Below are positions 36,317 to 45,038 of a DNA stretch of 64,000 nucleotides, piece after piece (the first letter of the stretch is position 1; the number at the start of each line of letters is the position of its first letter). The stretch lies in NCBI GenBank assembly GCA_003152075.1, contig PLZG01000093.1, positions 15,445 to 79,444 of the forward strand. Reading direction: 5' to 3'. The DNA comes from a candidate division FCPU426 bacterium. Lineage in GTDB: Bacteria; Oederibacteriota; Muellerivitia; Muellerivitales; Muellerivitaceae. The notes beneath the pieces were generated by a model that saw only the letters and a list, made by a program, of their open reading frames with translations, searched no databases and was not told where the DNA came from. The translations under genes were made by a program, and so were the position numbers.

Positions 36317-37231
36317 TCAGCCTTTGAAGAACCGGCTCGCCTCATCCAGTTCCTCGACTTGGGCTTGTGCCAAACGCCAGCCCATCGCGCCAGCGTTTTC
36401 CCTTACCTGGGCGGCCGTCTTGGCGCCGGGTATGGGAAGTGCCCCCTTGCATAAGAGCCAGTTCAGGGCGACCTGATTCACCGTTTTTCCACCGTGGGTC
36501 GCCCCCAATGCATTAAGTTTCCCGACCAGGGTTTGGATTCGACCCAATTGGCCGAAGTAAAAAAGCCGCCGGGGACCCGAAGGCGGATTTTGGGGCGAGT
36601 ACTTACCCGAAAGCATTCCCATCCCCAAGGGGCTGTAGGCAATGAAGCGCACATTGGTTTTTTTACATTCTTCCAATAGGCCATTCAGCTCATTCTTACG
36701 GCGAACCAAACTGTATTGCATTTGGTTGGAGGCCAGGGGCACACCGTGGGCCGCTAAAGCCTCCTGGGCCCGCAACATCTGTCCTCGGGTGAAATTGGAA
36801 ACGCCCACTTCCTTCGCTAACCCTTCCTTGACCGCTTCGGCCATGGGCTCCATCCAGGACTTAACGGTACGAGGAGGGCTTGCCCAGTGCATCTGATATA
36901 GGTCCACGGATTTCAAACCCAGGCGGGTCAGGCTGGCCTTCAAGGCTTTCAACAATTGGGACGTGGAAACCCGCCAGGGATAGGGCGCGAACTTAGTGGC
37001 AACGTAACTTTTCTTGGGCTTTATCTCCTTGAGAAATTGGCCCAGAAAGCTTTCCGATTCGCCCTCGCCGTAAACTTCCGCCGTGTCAAACAGTTGGATG
37101 CCCGAATCCAAGGCCGCCCGGAAGGTTTCCCTCAGATCCTGGTCGTTGTAACCTTTGCCGTACCCCCAAACCTGGCCCTTGCCCCATGCCCAGGTGCCAA
37201 GTCCCATCTCACATTCGGTTAAAAAGCTCAT
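36317..37231 (-). CDS. Aldo/keto reductase
   Basis: AKR (beta/alpha)8 signature (..GTWAWG.., ..FDTAEVYG.., ..LDLYQMHW.., C-terminal ..GAMGW..). Paralogous to 56262..57248. Confidence 0.9.
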   Translation of the reverse strand: MSFLTECEMGLGTWAWGKGQVWGYGKGYNDQDLRETFRAALDSGIQLFDTAEVYGEGESESFLGQFLKEIKPKKSYVATKFAPYPWRVSTSQLLKALKASLTRLGLKSVDLYQMHWASPPRTVKSWMEPMAEAVKEGLAKEVGVSNFTRGQMLRAQEALAAHGVPLASNQMQYSLVRRKNELNGLLEECKKTNVRFIAYSPLGMGMLSGKYSPQNPPSGPRRLFYFGQLGRIQTLVGKLNALGATHGGKTVNQVALNWLLCKGALPIPGAKTAAQVRENAGAMGWRLAQAQVEELDEASRFFKG

Positions 37232-37277
37232 GACAGTTCCTTTCGCAATTCATTACTTATAAAAAATCTGTCTTTGT

Positions 37278-37441
37278 GTTGTCATTGCGAGGAACGAATT
37301 TTGTGACGAAGCAACCCCAGTTCACGGCTTGTTTTCGTCTTAAAAGGAACAGGCAGACGAACTTCAAAGTCGTATTAATACCCAAAAACTGTGGTTGCTT
37401 CGTCGCTGAAACTAAGGAATGACGCTCTTCGCAATGACAAC
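37278..37441. repeat. Low-GC (~42%) 164-bp element with ~40-bp imperfect terminal inverted repeats and internal hairpin (MITE-like or structured RNA)
   Basis: Left arm GTTGTCATTGCGA...GACGAAGCAACC (37278-37316). Right arm GGTTGCTTCGTC...TCGCAATGACAAC (37393-37441). Internal hairpin CGTCTtaaaaggaacaggcAGACG. The GC content is well below that of the flanking genes. Confidence 0.5.
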
Positions 37442-37492
37442 TTCCGACATTCACTATATATCATTTCTCTATTCGAAATTTAATGCGCCGAA

Positions 37493-38542
37493 TCATAAAG
37501 GAGGCTCTTCCGCTTGAGCCTTTAAGAATGACCTAATGGTATCTAAATATAGGGCGGTGGAAATCGCCAGGGGAATCAGAAAAAAAACAAGCCGGTAGAT
37601 CAGGGCCGCCACCAGGGTTTTCTCAAAACTCACTCCCATGTTCTTGAAGGTAAGAGCTACCAAGGACTCGCTGACTCCCAGCCCGGCGGGCACCGGATTG
37701 ACATTGGACGAAAGAAACATCACCGCGAAACCCACCAGCAGAAGACCCAGGGGCAAGTCCACCCCCACGGCGTGAAAACAGAAATAAAAGGTCAAAGGCA
37801 TCAGGCACCAATCCAGGGCAATCCAGAAAAAGACCAGCAGGAGATAAACCCGGCCCTTATGCAAAAGGGCCACGGTGGTTTCCAACTTAGCGCGGATTAT
37901 CACCAATCCCCGGGGGTCCTTTTTCCTACGCAGAATTTTATGACTGATCCAATGGCTCGTGCGAAGGATTTGGCGCAAAACCCAGCGGCGAAAGGCGCGG
38001 TGGAGAAAGATCATCATCATCGCCCCCATGACAACCAAAAGCCCCGCCATAAAAACCAAGACCAAGGCTTGTTTTGGTCCGCCTGTGAATTCGGGGTGTC
38101 CATGAAGATAAAACAGGGCCCCAAAGCAGACGCAGGACAGTACCAGGTTGAAAATCATGTTTTGGGCCAGCGACAGCGGAATCGTGACCGAAAAGGGAAC
38201 TTTTTCATGTTTGAGGAGGAAAGCCCGGTTCGCGATACTGGACATGCCGCCGGAAGAAACGATGATGTTGATCGTGTCGGAGATGAACATGATGGAAAAA
38301 AATTTAGGGAAGGGGACCCGGTAGGGTGTCATTTTAAAAAGCGCGTTAAAGGAGAGCGCGGAGGCCAAATAGGCACCCACGGTGGAAAAGAGCGCGAAAG
38401 CCAAGGGGCCGATGGCCAAATGGCGAAAGACGTCCTTGAGCTTGGAAAAGTCGCTCGTGAGGGCAGTGGCCAAGGCCAACACCATAAGGCCCGCCACGAT
38501 CAGGAAAACAACCATGAGTGATTTAGGTTTGGATGGATTCAC
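37493..38542 (-). CDS. UPF0104 (lysylphosphatidylglycerol-synthase TM-region-like / flippase-like) integral membrane protein
   Basis: Eight TM helices. The N-terminal region matches the family pattern by eye. The gene is flanked by ~50-bp direct repeats (37449-37500 and 38736-38790). Confidence 0.55.
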   Translation of the reverse strand: MNPSKPKSLMVVFLIVAGLMVLALATALTSDFSKLKDVFRHLAIGPLAFALFSTVGAYLASALSFNALFKMTPYRVPFPKFFSIMFISDTINIIVSSGGMSSIANRAFLLKHEKVPFSVTIPLSLAQNMIFNLVLSCVCFGALFYLHGHPEFTGGPKQALVLVFMAGLLVVMGAMMMIFLHRAFRRWVLRQILRTSHWISHKILRRKKDPRGLVIIRAKLETTVALLHKGRVYLLLVFFWIALDWCLMPLTFYFCFHAVGVDLPLGLLLVGFAVMFLSSNVNPVPAGLGVSESLVALTFKNMGVSFEKTLVAALIYRLVFFLIPLAISTALYLDTIRSFLKAQAEEPPL

Positions 38543-38636
38543 AAAACTTTCTTTGGGAAACCGGGTTTTATCCCAGCCTTAGCCGGGAAAGACAAACTGT
38601 AACCTCTGAAAACTCATCAATCCGTGTTTTTTGCGG

Positions 38637-38716
38637 TTGTAGGAGCGGGATTCATCCCGCCCGGCCTTTGTTTTCATTCGTTTCCGCCTCGGACGCGATA
38701 AATCGCGCCCCTACAA
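38637..38716. other. Structured palindromic element (outer stem TTGTAGG/CCTACAA enclosing two hairpins) in a divergent promoter region
   Basis: Hairpins GCGGGAttcaTCCCGC (38645-38660) and GCGCGATaaATCGCGC (38694-38709), enclosed by a 7-bp outer stem. It lies between the divergent genes 38542(-) and 38817(+). Confidence 0.4.
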
Positions 38717-38816
38717 AAACCAGTTATTCAGAAGTTACAAACTATATCATTTCCCTATTCGGCCCTAAGTGACCCGGATCATAAAACCCTATGTTATTCC
38801 ACCCTAGTATCACCCG

Positions 38817-39761
38817 ATGAAATCCAACCACCTAAAATTCAAAAAATTTATCCTTGGATTGGACATCGGCGGGACCAAATGCGCGGTCGTCCTGGGCGAT
38901 AAAAAGATGAGGATTTACGACCGACTTTCCTTTTCCACCCGACCCCAAAGGGGTTGGAAACGGATATGGAAACAATTGTTCGCATCCATCGATGAAATCA
39001 TCCTCCGCAACCACCTCAAGCCTGCTTCTATTTACAAAGCGGGCATCAGCTGCGGCGGTCCCTTGGATAGCCGCCGGGGGCTCATCCTCTCACCACCGAA
39101 CCTACCGGGTTGGGATAAAGTCCCTATCGTCAAAATGCTCCAAAAGAAGCTCCACTGCCCTGTCCGTCTCGAAAACGACGCTAACGCTTGCGCGGTAGCG
39201 GAGTGGAAATTTGGGGCGGGCCGGGGATGCCGCAACCTCGTTTTTCTCACCTTTGGCACGGGCTTGGGCGCGGGCCTTATCCTCAATGGCCGTCTTTACC
39301 GTGGCGCCAATGACATGGCGGGTGAAGCCGGTCATATCCGCCTGGCGATGGACGGGCCGATGGGTTATGGGAAAAAAGGATCTTTCGAGGGTTTCTGCAG
39401 CGGGGGCGGCATTGCCCGTATGGCTAAAAGGGATGGGGGCCAGACCATTTCGGCCAAAGAACTTTTCGAAGCCGCAAGCAGGGGAGATAAAGTTTCGCGC
39501 CGAATCCTCGAGAAAAGCGTTGGTTACCTGGGACTAGGCCTATCCATCCTCATAGACCTCTTAAATCCAGAACGGATCATCTTGGGCGGTATCTATTACA
39601 GGAACGAGAAATTTTTCCGCTCGGCTGCCCTTAAAGTTATCCGACAGGAGGCCCTTGCTCGCTCCCGGTCCGTTTGCCAGATTCTTCCTTCGGGCCTGGG
39701 CGAGAAAATAGGCGACATCGCTAGCCTTTCGGTCGCGCTCATGGATGAGCTGGATGTTTAA
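38817..39761 (+). CDS. ROK-family sugar kinase (glucokinase / N-acetylglucosamine kinase-like)
   Basis: N-terminal LGLDIGGTKCAVVLG phosphate-1 motif. ROK signature region with CGGPLD and a Cys/His zinc motif (..GH..C..G..C..G..). Confidence 0.85.
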   Translation: MKSNHLKFKKFILGLDIGGTKCAVVLGDKKMRIYDRLSFSTRPQRGWKRIWKQLFASIDEIILRNHLKPASIYKAGISCGGPLDSRRGLILSPPNLPGWDKVPIVKMLQKKLHCPVRLENDANACAVAEWKFGAGRGCRNLVFLTFGTGLGAGLILNGRLYRGANDMAGEAGHIRLAMDGPMGYGKKGSFEGFCSGGGIARMAKRDGGQTISAKELFEAASRGDKVSRRILEKSVGYLGLGLSILIDLLNPERIILGGIYYRNEKFFRSAALKVIRQEALARSRSVCQILPSGLGEKIGDIASLSVALMDELDV

Positions 39762-39805
39762 TTAAAAATATCCACAATCTAGCCCGCCCAACTCAGAATC
39801 TTCTG

Positions 39806-40723
39806 TTAGAAAGTTTGCTCGATTTGGAAAATAACCAAAGCTGGCCCAGAAAAATCCGACCGACCGTTCAAGGTGCCATTCAGGGAAAGGCGTGTTTGTT
39901 TGGCCACCCAGTAATTGATCCCAGCTCCCAATAGCTGATAATTTTGCGAAGCACCCATCAGCCCCAACTCACCCCAAGCCAAGGGCTCCAGATCCCCGGA
40001 CCGGTAAGAGGTCTGAACCAAATAAGCGTTCTTGCCCAAGGGAGCCCATATCCCTTCCGCCCGGGCATCAAAACCTCCCGAGGAATAACGGGCATGGGCG
40101 CCAAACCAACTTTGATAGGTGATGAACCCGGTGGTGTTTCCCGTCCCTCCATAATAAGAACCACCAATCAACCATTCACCCGTTTTCCATTCTAACCGGG
40201 TGGAGATATCCTTGAAGTTGTCATTGTCTTTCAAGACATTTGGCCCGGCGCCTTGGATTACATCGGCCAAAACCGTGAAATCGCCAAAAACTTTTTTAAC
40301 CTTGAAGCCCATGTCCCAGGGATTGCCTGGAAAGGCGAACTTATCCATCTTGGCGTAATCCACCCGCTTCAACTGGTCAGGAAAAAGGACGCGGTCGTCG
40401 CCAAAGGCAAACTTAAATTGTCCTCCCGTGAGCGTCCAATCGTTACCCAAGTCCCTTTGGACAAAAGCATCTAATAAAGTGAAATTGGTGTTGGTGCCCA
40501 GAACCGGCATGACCAAAACTTTCGTTTGTGGATCGACGAGGGCGGTCGCTTTTAACCGGACATAATGGAAGGTCTGGTCCCATTTATTATCCGAGACCTG
40601 GTTCCAAAATTGGAGCAATCCACTCCATTTCACCGCGGGGATGAACGTTTCTTCGGCCACCGGGGCGGCGTCTTTTCCCTCCGCAGACCTCAGCGCCAAT
40701 ACCGACAGGATGAACAAGACAAT
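39806..40723 (-). CDS. Outer-membrane porin-like beta-barrel protein, hypothetical (start codon uncertain)
   Basis: Signal-peptide-like RLKIRKRWIVLFILSVLALRSAEG, then an amphipathic strand pattern ending ..VIFQIEQTF. The track ORF's 5' extension to 40936 overlaps the upstream nitronate-monooxygenase-like gene. No canonical ATG/GTG is present in frame near the signal peptide. Confidence 0.4.
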   Translation of the reverse strand: MVLFILSVLALRSAEGKDAAPVAEETFIPAVKWSGLLQFWNQVSDNKWDQTFHYVRLKATALVDPQTKVLVMPVLGTNTNFTLLDAFVQRDLGNDWTLTGGQFKFAFGDDRVLFPDQLKRVDYAKMDKFAFPGNPWDMGFKVKKVFGDFTVLADVIQGAGPNVLKDNDNFKDISTRLEWKTGEWLIGGSYYGGTGNTTGFITYQSWFGAHARYSSGGFDARAEGIWAPLGKNAYLVQTSYRSGDLEPLAWGELGLMGASQNYQLLGAGINYWVAKQTRLSLNGTLNGRSDFSGPALVIFQIEQTF

Positions 40724-40734
40724 CCATCGTTTTC

Positions 40735-42210
40735 TTATTTTGAGCCTAACCCCGCCGGGAATGCCCCCAAAAGATATTGAATGACATCCGCCGCGGAGTA
40801 CGAACTTTTGCCGCCCTTTAGAAACAAGGCGATTCGAGGCAGGTCGTCGCCTGAAGTAACCAGGGACTTTTCCGTATATCCACCCTTTTGTTCCTGTTCC
40901 AATCCCACAGCGGCCACCAGGCCGTTGCAAATGCATTTCTTCCCCTTTGTCTCTTCCTCTTTCCCTTCTTTTTGGAGGAAAACCTCCAAGGGTTCACCGC
41001 CACAACGATAACCTACCGAACCGTCTTTTCTTTTAAAGGTGGTCCTTAACAATCCCAGGTCGCAGGTGCGGGGTCGCGCCTGATATTCCTCCGCCTCGGA
41101 CAGGGTTCCTTCGAGTTGGGCCACCTTGAAGGGAAAACCCGTGGGCGAAGCGAGCGGGTCGGTAAATACCTCCGCGTGACCAGCCAAGGCCGCCTTAAAC
41201 GCTTTCTGTTTGACGCTGTCGGTAAAACCAGATTCCTCGCAATAAGCGAAGATGGTTCCCACCTGAACACCCGTCGCGCCCTGAGCCAGGGCCTCTTTTA
41301 ATTTATGGGGTTCGCCATATTGGCCGGCCAGCCAGAAAGGCAGTCCCAACTCACGGAAGGCGCCCAAATCCACCTCGTCCTTGGGGCCGTAAATCGGTTC
41401 GCCCTTTTCATTCAACTGTTGAGGACCCCGGGGTGGGGCGTTATGGCCCCCCGCAGTGGGAGCTTCGATGACGAATCCGTCCACGTGGCCGGAGGCTTTT
41501 TTAGCCAAGTTGACCGCCAAAATTTCCGATGAAACAATGGCAAGGAATTTGGGCCTTTTTAATTTAAAGGGACTTGGATTGAGAATGCTGAGCGGATTAA
41601 AGGATGTGTGGAAATCATCCTCCGAGGCGGCTCCGCGCACGTTGAGTTTGAGCGAAACTTCCTCATGTAAGGCGAGCTTGTCGAGGATCGCGGGGATGGC
41701 CCGTGGGATGCCCGCCCCCATGAGAACGTAATCTACCCCCGCCAGGAGAGCCCCATAAATGGAAGGCAAGGTGGGAAGCTGGATCTTTTCCAAATAGTTG
41801 ATCCCCACCAGGCCAGGGTGGCCTTCCTTGGCCAGGTACACCTCAACGAAATTGGCCGCCACCGTCAGTTCTAAAAGCTCCTGGGGAGGATTGGTCGAGT
41901 ACATCGTCACACTCTTAAAGGGGACACCCTTGGGCTTGCCGCCCGGGATGAAATAACGGTTTAAAATTCGTTGGGCGATATCGGGATTGGGGAAATGGGC
42001 CAGCGCCCGCCGCATATGGCCTTCCGGGTCCCCCTGTTGAAGGCGCCTGGCCAGTATGGTTTCCAGTATGGTTCCCGATACCACGCCCAATTGCCCTGCG
42101 AGGGATACGGCCCGGGCCAGCCTCCAATTGGAAACCGCGATTCCCATGCCTCCTTGAATAATTACCGGTTCAGTCATCCCACACTCCTTGTTTTTTTCGG
42201 GGCATTCCAC
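40735..42210 (-). CDS. Nitronate monooxygenase family flavoprotein, long form (paralogue 2)
   Basis: 491 aa. N-terminal MTEPVIIQGGMGIAVSNWRLARAV. Collinear similarity to 18027..19478 over the full length. Confidence 0.75.
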   Translation of the reverse strand: MECPEKNKECGMTEPVIIQGGMGIAVSNWRLARAVSLAGQLGVVSGTILETILARRLQQGDPEGHMRRALAHFPNPDIAQRILNRYFIPGGKPKGVPFKSVTMYSTNPPQELLELTVAANFVEVYLAKEGHPGLVGINYLEKIQLPTLPSIYGALLAGVDYVLMGAGIPRAIPAILDKLALHEEVSLKLNVRGAASEDDFHTSFNPLSILNPSPFKLKRPKFLAIVSSEILAVNLAKKASGHVDGFVIEAPTAGGHNAPPRGPQQLNEKGEPIYGPKDEVDLGAFRELGLPFWLAGQYGEPHKLKEALAQGATGVQVGTIFAYCEESGFTDSVKQKAFKAALAGHAEVFTDPLASPTGFPFKVAQLEGTLSEAEEYQARPRTCDLGLLRTTFKRKDGSVGYRCGGEPLEVFLQKEGKEEETKGKKCICNGLVAAVGLEQEQKGGYTEKSLVTSGDDLPRIALFLKGGKSSYSAADVIQYLLGAFPAGLGSK

Positions 42211-42407
42211 CCCCTCGGTCGATACTGATTGATCGTATTAAATGTACCAACAAGGAAAGATGTTCCCGGTCATATTCAATCCAAGTCATGGCATTTCCAC
42301 CCGAGGGGTTGATGGCGGCCCTTTTTCCCTTCAACAACAATGTTGCGCGCGGCAAATGCCGCTCATAGGATTCGTCTTCCAACCAAAACTTCCCCAGGGA
42401 CTCCACC

Positions 42408-43025
42408 ATGGCTTCCTTTCCGAAAATCCGTTTCCTCACCACCTGGTTCGTCAACCTCTATTGGCGCACGAAAGTTTATGGAATTGAAAACATCCCCCCG
42501 ACCGGGCCCTTCGTTGTCGTGGCCAACCATGCCAGCATTCTCGACCCCTATTTAATTGATTGGGCCAGCAAGGAAAGGGAACTTTACTTTTTGGCCAAGG
42601 AAGAACTCTTTCGAAACCCCTTCATTGGTTATTTCTTGGCCCAATGCAATGCCATTCCGGTCAGGAGGGGTGTTATCGACGAGGCGGCCATTAACAAATT
42701 TCATGAAATTCTAGGCAGTGGTAAACCTATGGGTATTTTCCCAGAGGGAACAAGGACCTTAACCGGTGAAATCCAGCAGGGGAAAAAAGGCGCCGGAATG
42801 CTGGTTTATAACGCCGGAGTGCCGGTCTTGGCGGCCTACATCGCGGGTACCTTCGAGTGTTTTCCCAAGGGAAAAACCTGGCCCCGGCCCGGCAAAACAT
42901 CCATCACTTTTGGTCCGGTCATTCCAATGGAGGATCTTTACGGGGAAAAAGCGGAGAAAGCCACTTACCGAAAAATCACCGACCGGTTAATGGAAAATAT
43001 TGCCCGGCTCCGGCCGAAAGTCTGA
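42408..43025 (+). CDS. plsC: 1-acyl-sn-glycerol-3-phosphate acyltransferase
   Basis: HX4D motif (VANHASILDP) and FPEGTR motif of lysophospholipid acyltransferases. Confidence 0.85.
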   Translation: MASFPKIRFLTTWFVNLYWRTKVYGIENIPPTGPFVVVANHASILDPYLIDWASKERELYFLAKEELFRNPFIGYFLAQCNAIPVRRGVIDEAAINKFHEILGSGKPMGIFPEGTRTLTGEIQQGKKGAGMLVYNAGVPVLAAYIAGTFECFPKGKTWPRPGKTSITFGPVIPMEDLYGEKAEKATYRKITDRLMENIARLRPKV

Positions 43026-43089
43026 CGGACACCATCAAAGTTGCTTGGCTTTGTCCGTCCCACCCCGCTATGGCGTCCACGCCATAGCG
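43024..43089 (+). terminator. Two hairpins downstream of plsC, including the perfect palindrome CGCTATGGCG-tcca-CGCCATAGCG
   Basis: GACGGACAC...GTCCGTC (43024-43059) and the 10-bp perfect stem at 43066-43089. No strong T-run, so this is a weak terminator or a protein-binding site. Confidence 0.35.
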
Positions 43090-43212
43090 CCCAAACCCCA
43101 TTTCTGTTTTCCTCCCCCTTCTTCCATTCCCAAAAATGCTTTTTCAAAGCTTTTTTCATTGGCACTTCCCTTGCTTTAACCAATGACGACTGTCCAAAGA
43201 CCCCGCGCCTTG

Positions 43213-43232
43213 TATATGACATCTGTCATATA
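43213..43232. promoter_or_regulatory. Perfect 20-bp palindrome TATATGAC-atct-GTCATATA about 67 bp upstream of the cupredoxin operon
   Basis: 8-N4-8 inverted repeat with TGAC-N4-GTCA core. It is the best-conserved instance of the motif found upstream of both RIC genes and pirin. Confidence 0.5.
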
Positions 43233-43298
43233 GAGATAAATGAAGCGGGGATATCTTTCTGGCAGCCGAACTCAGTTTTTAATAAAAGGAGATTTCCA

Positions 43299-43997
43299 AT
43301 GAAGCTTAAAAAAAGTTTAATAAAAGCCGGAAGCAAAAAAACTCTTCGGACTTTATTCGGCGAGCTGTCCATCGGATTGGGGCTGAGCCTCTTCCTGGCC
43401 TCTTTCGCTTTCGCTGGGGAAGGTGCCACAGTATCCGGAAACATCCAAGTGAAGAAAGCCTACGTGGAAACCACCGGGGCCAAGAGCGACAAGGACGTGG
43501 TGGTTTACCTGGTGTCGGCTGAGAAAGGCGCTTCAGCGGCCCCCGTCGAACACGCCAAAATGAACCAAAAAAACCTCGTTTTCGTACCTCACGTTCTGGC
43601 AGTTCAAAAGGGCACCACCGTCGATTTCCTCAACGAGGACGCCGTCAACCATAACGTCTCTTCCCCCGCCGCCTGCTGTTCCTTCGACCTGGGCCAATGG
43701 GGCAAGGGAGTGACAAAAAGCTATAAGTTCGACTCGACGGGCGTGGCTCCCCTCCTTTGCAGCCTGCATCCAGAAATGGCCGCCTCGGTAGTGGTTGTCG
43801 ACACCCCCTATTACACGACGGCCTCCCTTATCACCAACAACGCGGAAAAAAAGCAATCGGCCAAGTACTCCATCAAGGGCGTTCCAGCGGGTGATTACAC
43901 CTTGAAGGTATGGAATGGCAAGTTGGTAGCCGCCGATCAAAAGGTGACCGTCACCGCGACCGGCGCCAAGGCTGATATCGACATCCACAAGAAGTAA
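43299..43997 (+). CDS. Periplasmic type-1 (blue) copper cupredoxin with C-terminal carboxypeptidase-regulatory-like (Ig-like) domain
   Basis: RBS AAAGGAG 7 nt before the ATG. Signal peptide. T1Cu ligand set: His (..NEDAVNHNV..) then C-x2-H-x2-M (CSLHPEM, amicyanin/pseudoazurin-like spacing). The C-terminus has a GDYTLKVWNG beta-sandwich motif. Confidence 0.6.
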   Translation: MKLKKSLIKAGSKKTLRTLFGELSIGLGLSLFLASFAFAGEGATVSGNIQVKKAYVETTGAKSDKDVVVYLVSAEKGASAAPVEHAKMNQKNLVFVPHVLAVQKGTTVDFLNEDAVNHNVSSPAACCSFDLGQWGKGVTKSYKFDSTGVAPLLCSLHPEMAASVVVVDTPYYTTASLITNNAEKKQSAKYSIKGVPAGDYTLKVWNGKLVAADQKVTVTATGAKADIDIHKK

Positions 43998-44024
43998 TCG
44001 GGAAAACCGTAAAGGAGAGCGGCC

Positions 44025-44564
44025 ATGGACTTCACGAATAAAGGCAAATGGATTTCGGCGGTGCTGGTGGTGGTGGCAGGGCTGACCCTGCCGGCCTTCA
44101 CCACGCCGGCCGCTCCCAAACCCGAGCGCCGCGACTTCAGCATCGTGGCCCGCAAGTACGCCTACGACCCCCCGATCATCAAGGTCAACCAGGGGGACGA
44201 GGTGCACGTAAAATTCGCTTCTCGGGACGTGACCCACGGATTTTTCATGGAAGGCTACGATGTCGAAGCCCTTTCCGAGGCCGGCAAATCCACCATCCTC
44301 TTCCGGCACCCTTCGATGACGGGTAACTTCACCCCCGCCGACGAGATCATCTTCACTGCCGATAAGCGCGGTAAATTTCGTTATCGCTGTTCCATGACTT
44401 GCGGCTATATGCACCCCTTCATGTTGGGAGTAATGATCGTGCAGCCCAATTCCCTTTTCGGCCAGGCCCTGGGGCTCATGACCGGAATCCTGCTGGCTGG
44501 CTTCATCCTGGTTTGGCCCGCGGGTAAGATCACCCCGAAAGCGCCGGAAGGAGCCCGCTCATGA
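44025..44564 (+). CDS. Membrane-anchored stand-alone CuA-type cupredoxin (COX2-like copper centre, no haem)
   Basis: N-terminal TM. Cupredoxin domain with His (VTHGF) and CSMTCGYMHPFM, which matches the binuclear CuA signature C-x3-C-G-x2-H-x2-M exactly. C-terminal TM. The stop overlaps the next start (ATGA). Confidence 0.55.
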   Translation: MDFTNKGKWISAVLVVVAGLTLPAFTTPAAPKPERRDFSIVARKYAYDPPIIKVNQGDEVHVKFASRDVTHGFFMEGYDVEALSEAGKSTILFRHPSMTGNFTPADEIIFTADKRGKFRYRCSMTCGYMHPFMLGVMIVQPNSLFGQALGLMTGILLAGFILVWPAGKITPKAPEGARS

Positions 44565-45028
44565 CCCGCAAACTTGAGGAACTCTCCCCTAAGGAAATGC
44601 TGGCCCTGGCCATTTCCATCGAGCAGTCCAACCAAAAGGCCCTGCATAACTTCTCCGAGATGTTCAACGGATATGACGATCAGGTTTCCAAGAATTTCGC
44701 GGAAATGTCCGTGGAGGAAGGCCGCCACGAGCAGATCTTACTGGAAAAATTCAAGAACATGTTCAAGGGGCCTGTTCCGGAAATAAGTAACTTCGACGTT
44801 GAGGAAGTGGTTGAAGCCATTGACTTTGACGACTCCGAGCACTTGATCTTCGACAGCTTGAAGGCCAAGCAAGTTTACCAATTGGCTTACGAGGCCGAAA
44901 AAAGGGCCAAGAGTTTTTACGAGAAGGCCATGAAAACCGTGAAAAACAAGGAATTGGCAGTGCTATTCAAGGAACTGGCCGCAATGGAAGGCGATCACGC
45001 GAATTGGCTGGAAAACAAAATCAAGTAG
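44561..45028 (+). CDS. Rubrerythrin/ferritin-like diiron protein (cytoplasmic)
   Basis: Two E...ExxH half-sites (..IEQ..EEGRH.. and ..EAEKRAK..EGDH..) in a ~150-aa four-helix-bundle-sized protein. No signal peptide. Confidence 0.6.
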   Translation: MTRKLEELSPKEMLALAISIEQSNQKALHNFSEMFNGYDDQVSKNFAEMSVEEGRHEQILLEKFKNMFKGPVPEISNFDVEEVVEAIDFDDSEHLIFDSLKAKQVYQLAYEAEKRAKSFYEKAMKTVKNKELAVLFKELAAMEGDHANWLENKIK

Positions 45029-45038
45029 GAGTGAAACC

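Noticed and set aside
37278-38716. Interpretation of the palindromic elements as integron attC sites
   Set aside because: The ends do not match the attC core and inverse-core consensus (GTTRRRY / RYYYAAC). No intI-like gene is in the window. The idea is kept only as a generic insertion-cassette hypothesis.
40724-40936. N-terminal 70-codon extension of the porin-like ORF 39806..40936
   Set aside because: It overlaps the 3' end of the nitronate-monooxygenase-like gene on the same strand and precedes an obvious signal peptide. The real start is downstream, although the codon is uncertain.
43533-44414. 293-aa ORF on the minus strand
   Set aside because: It is antisense to the cupredoxin and CuA genes, which have RBSs, signal peptides and copper-ligand motifs. 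It is a spurious high-GC shadow ORF.
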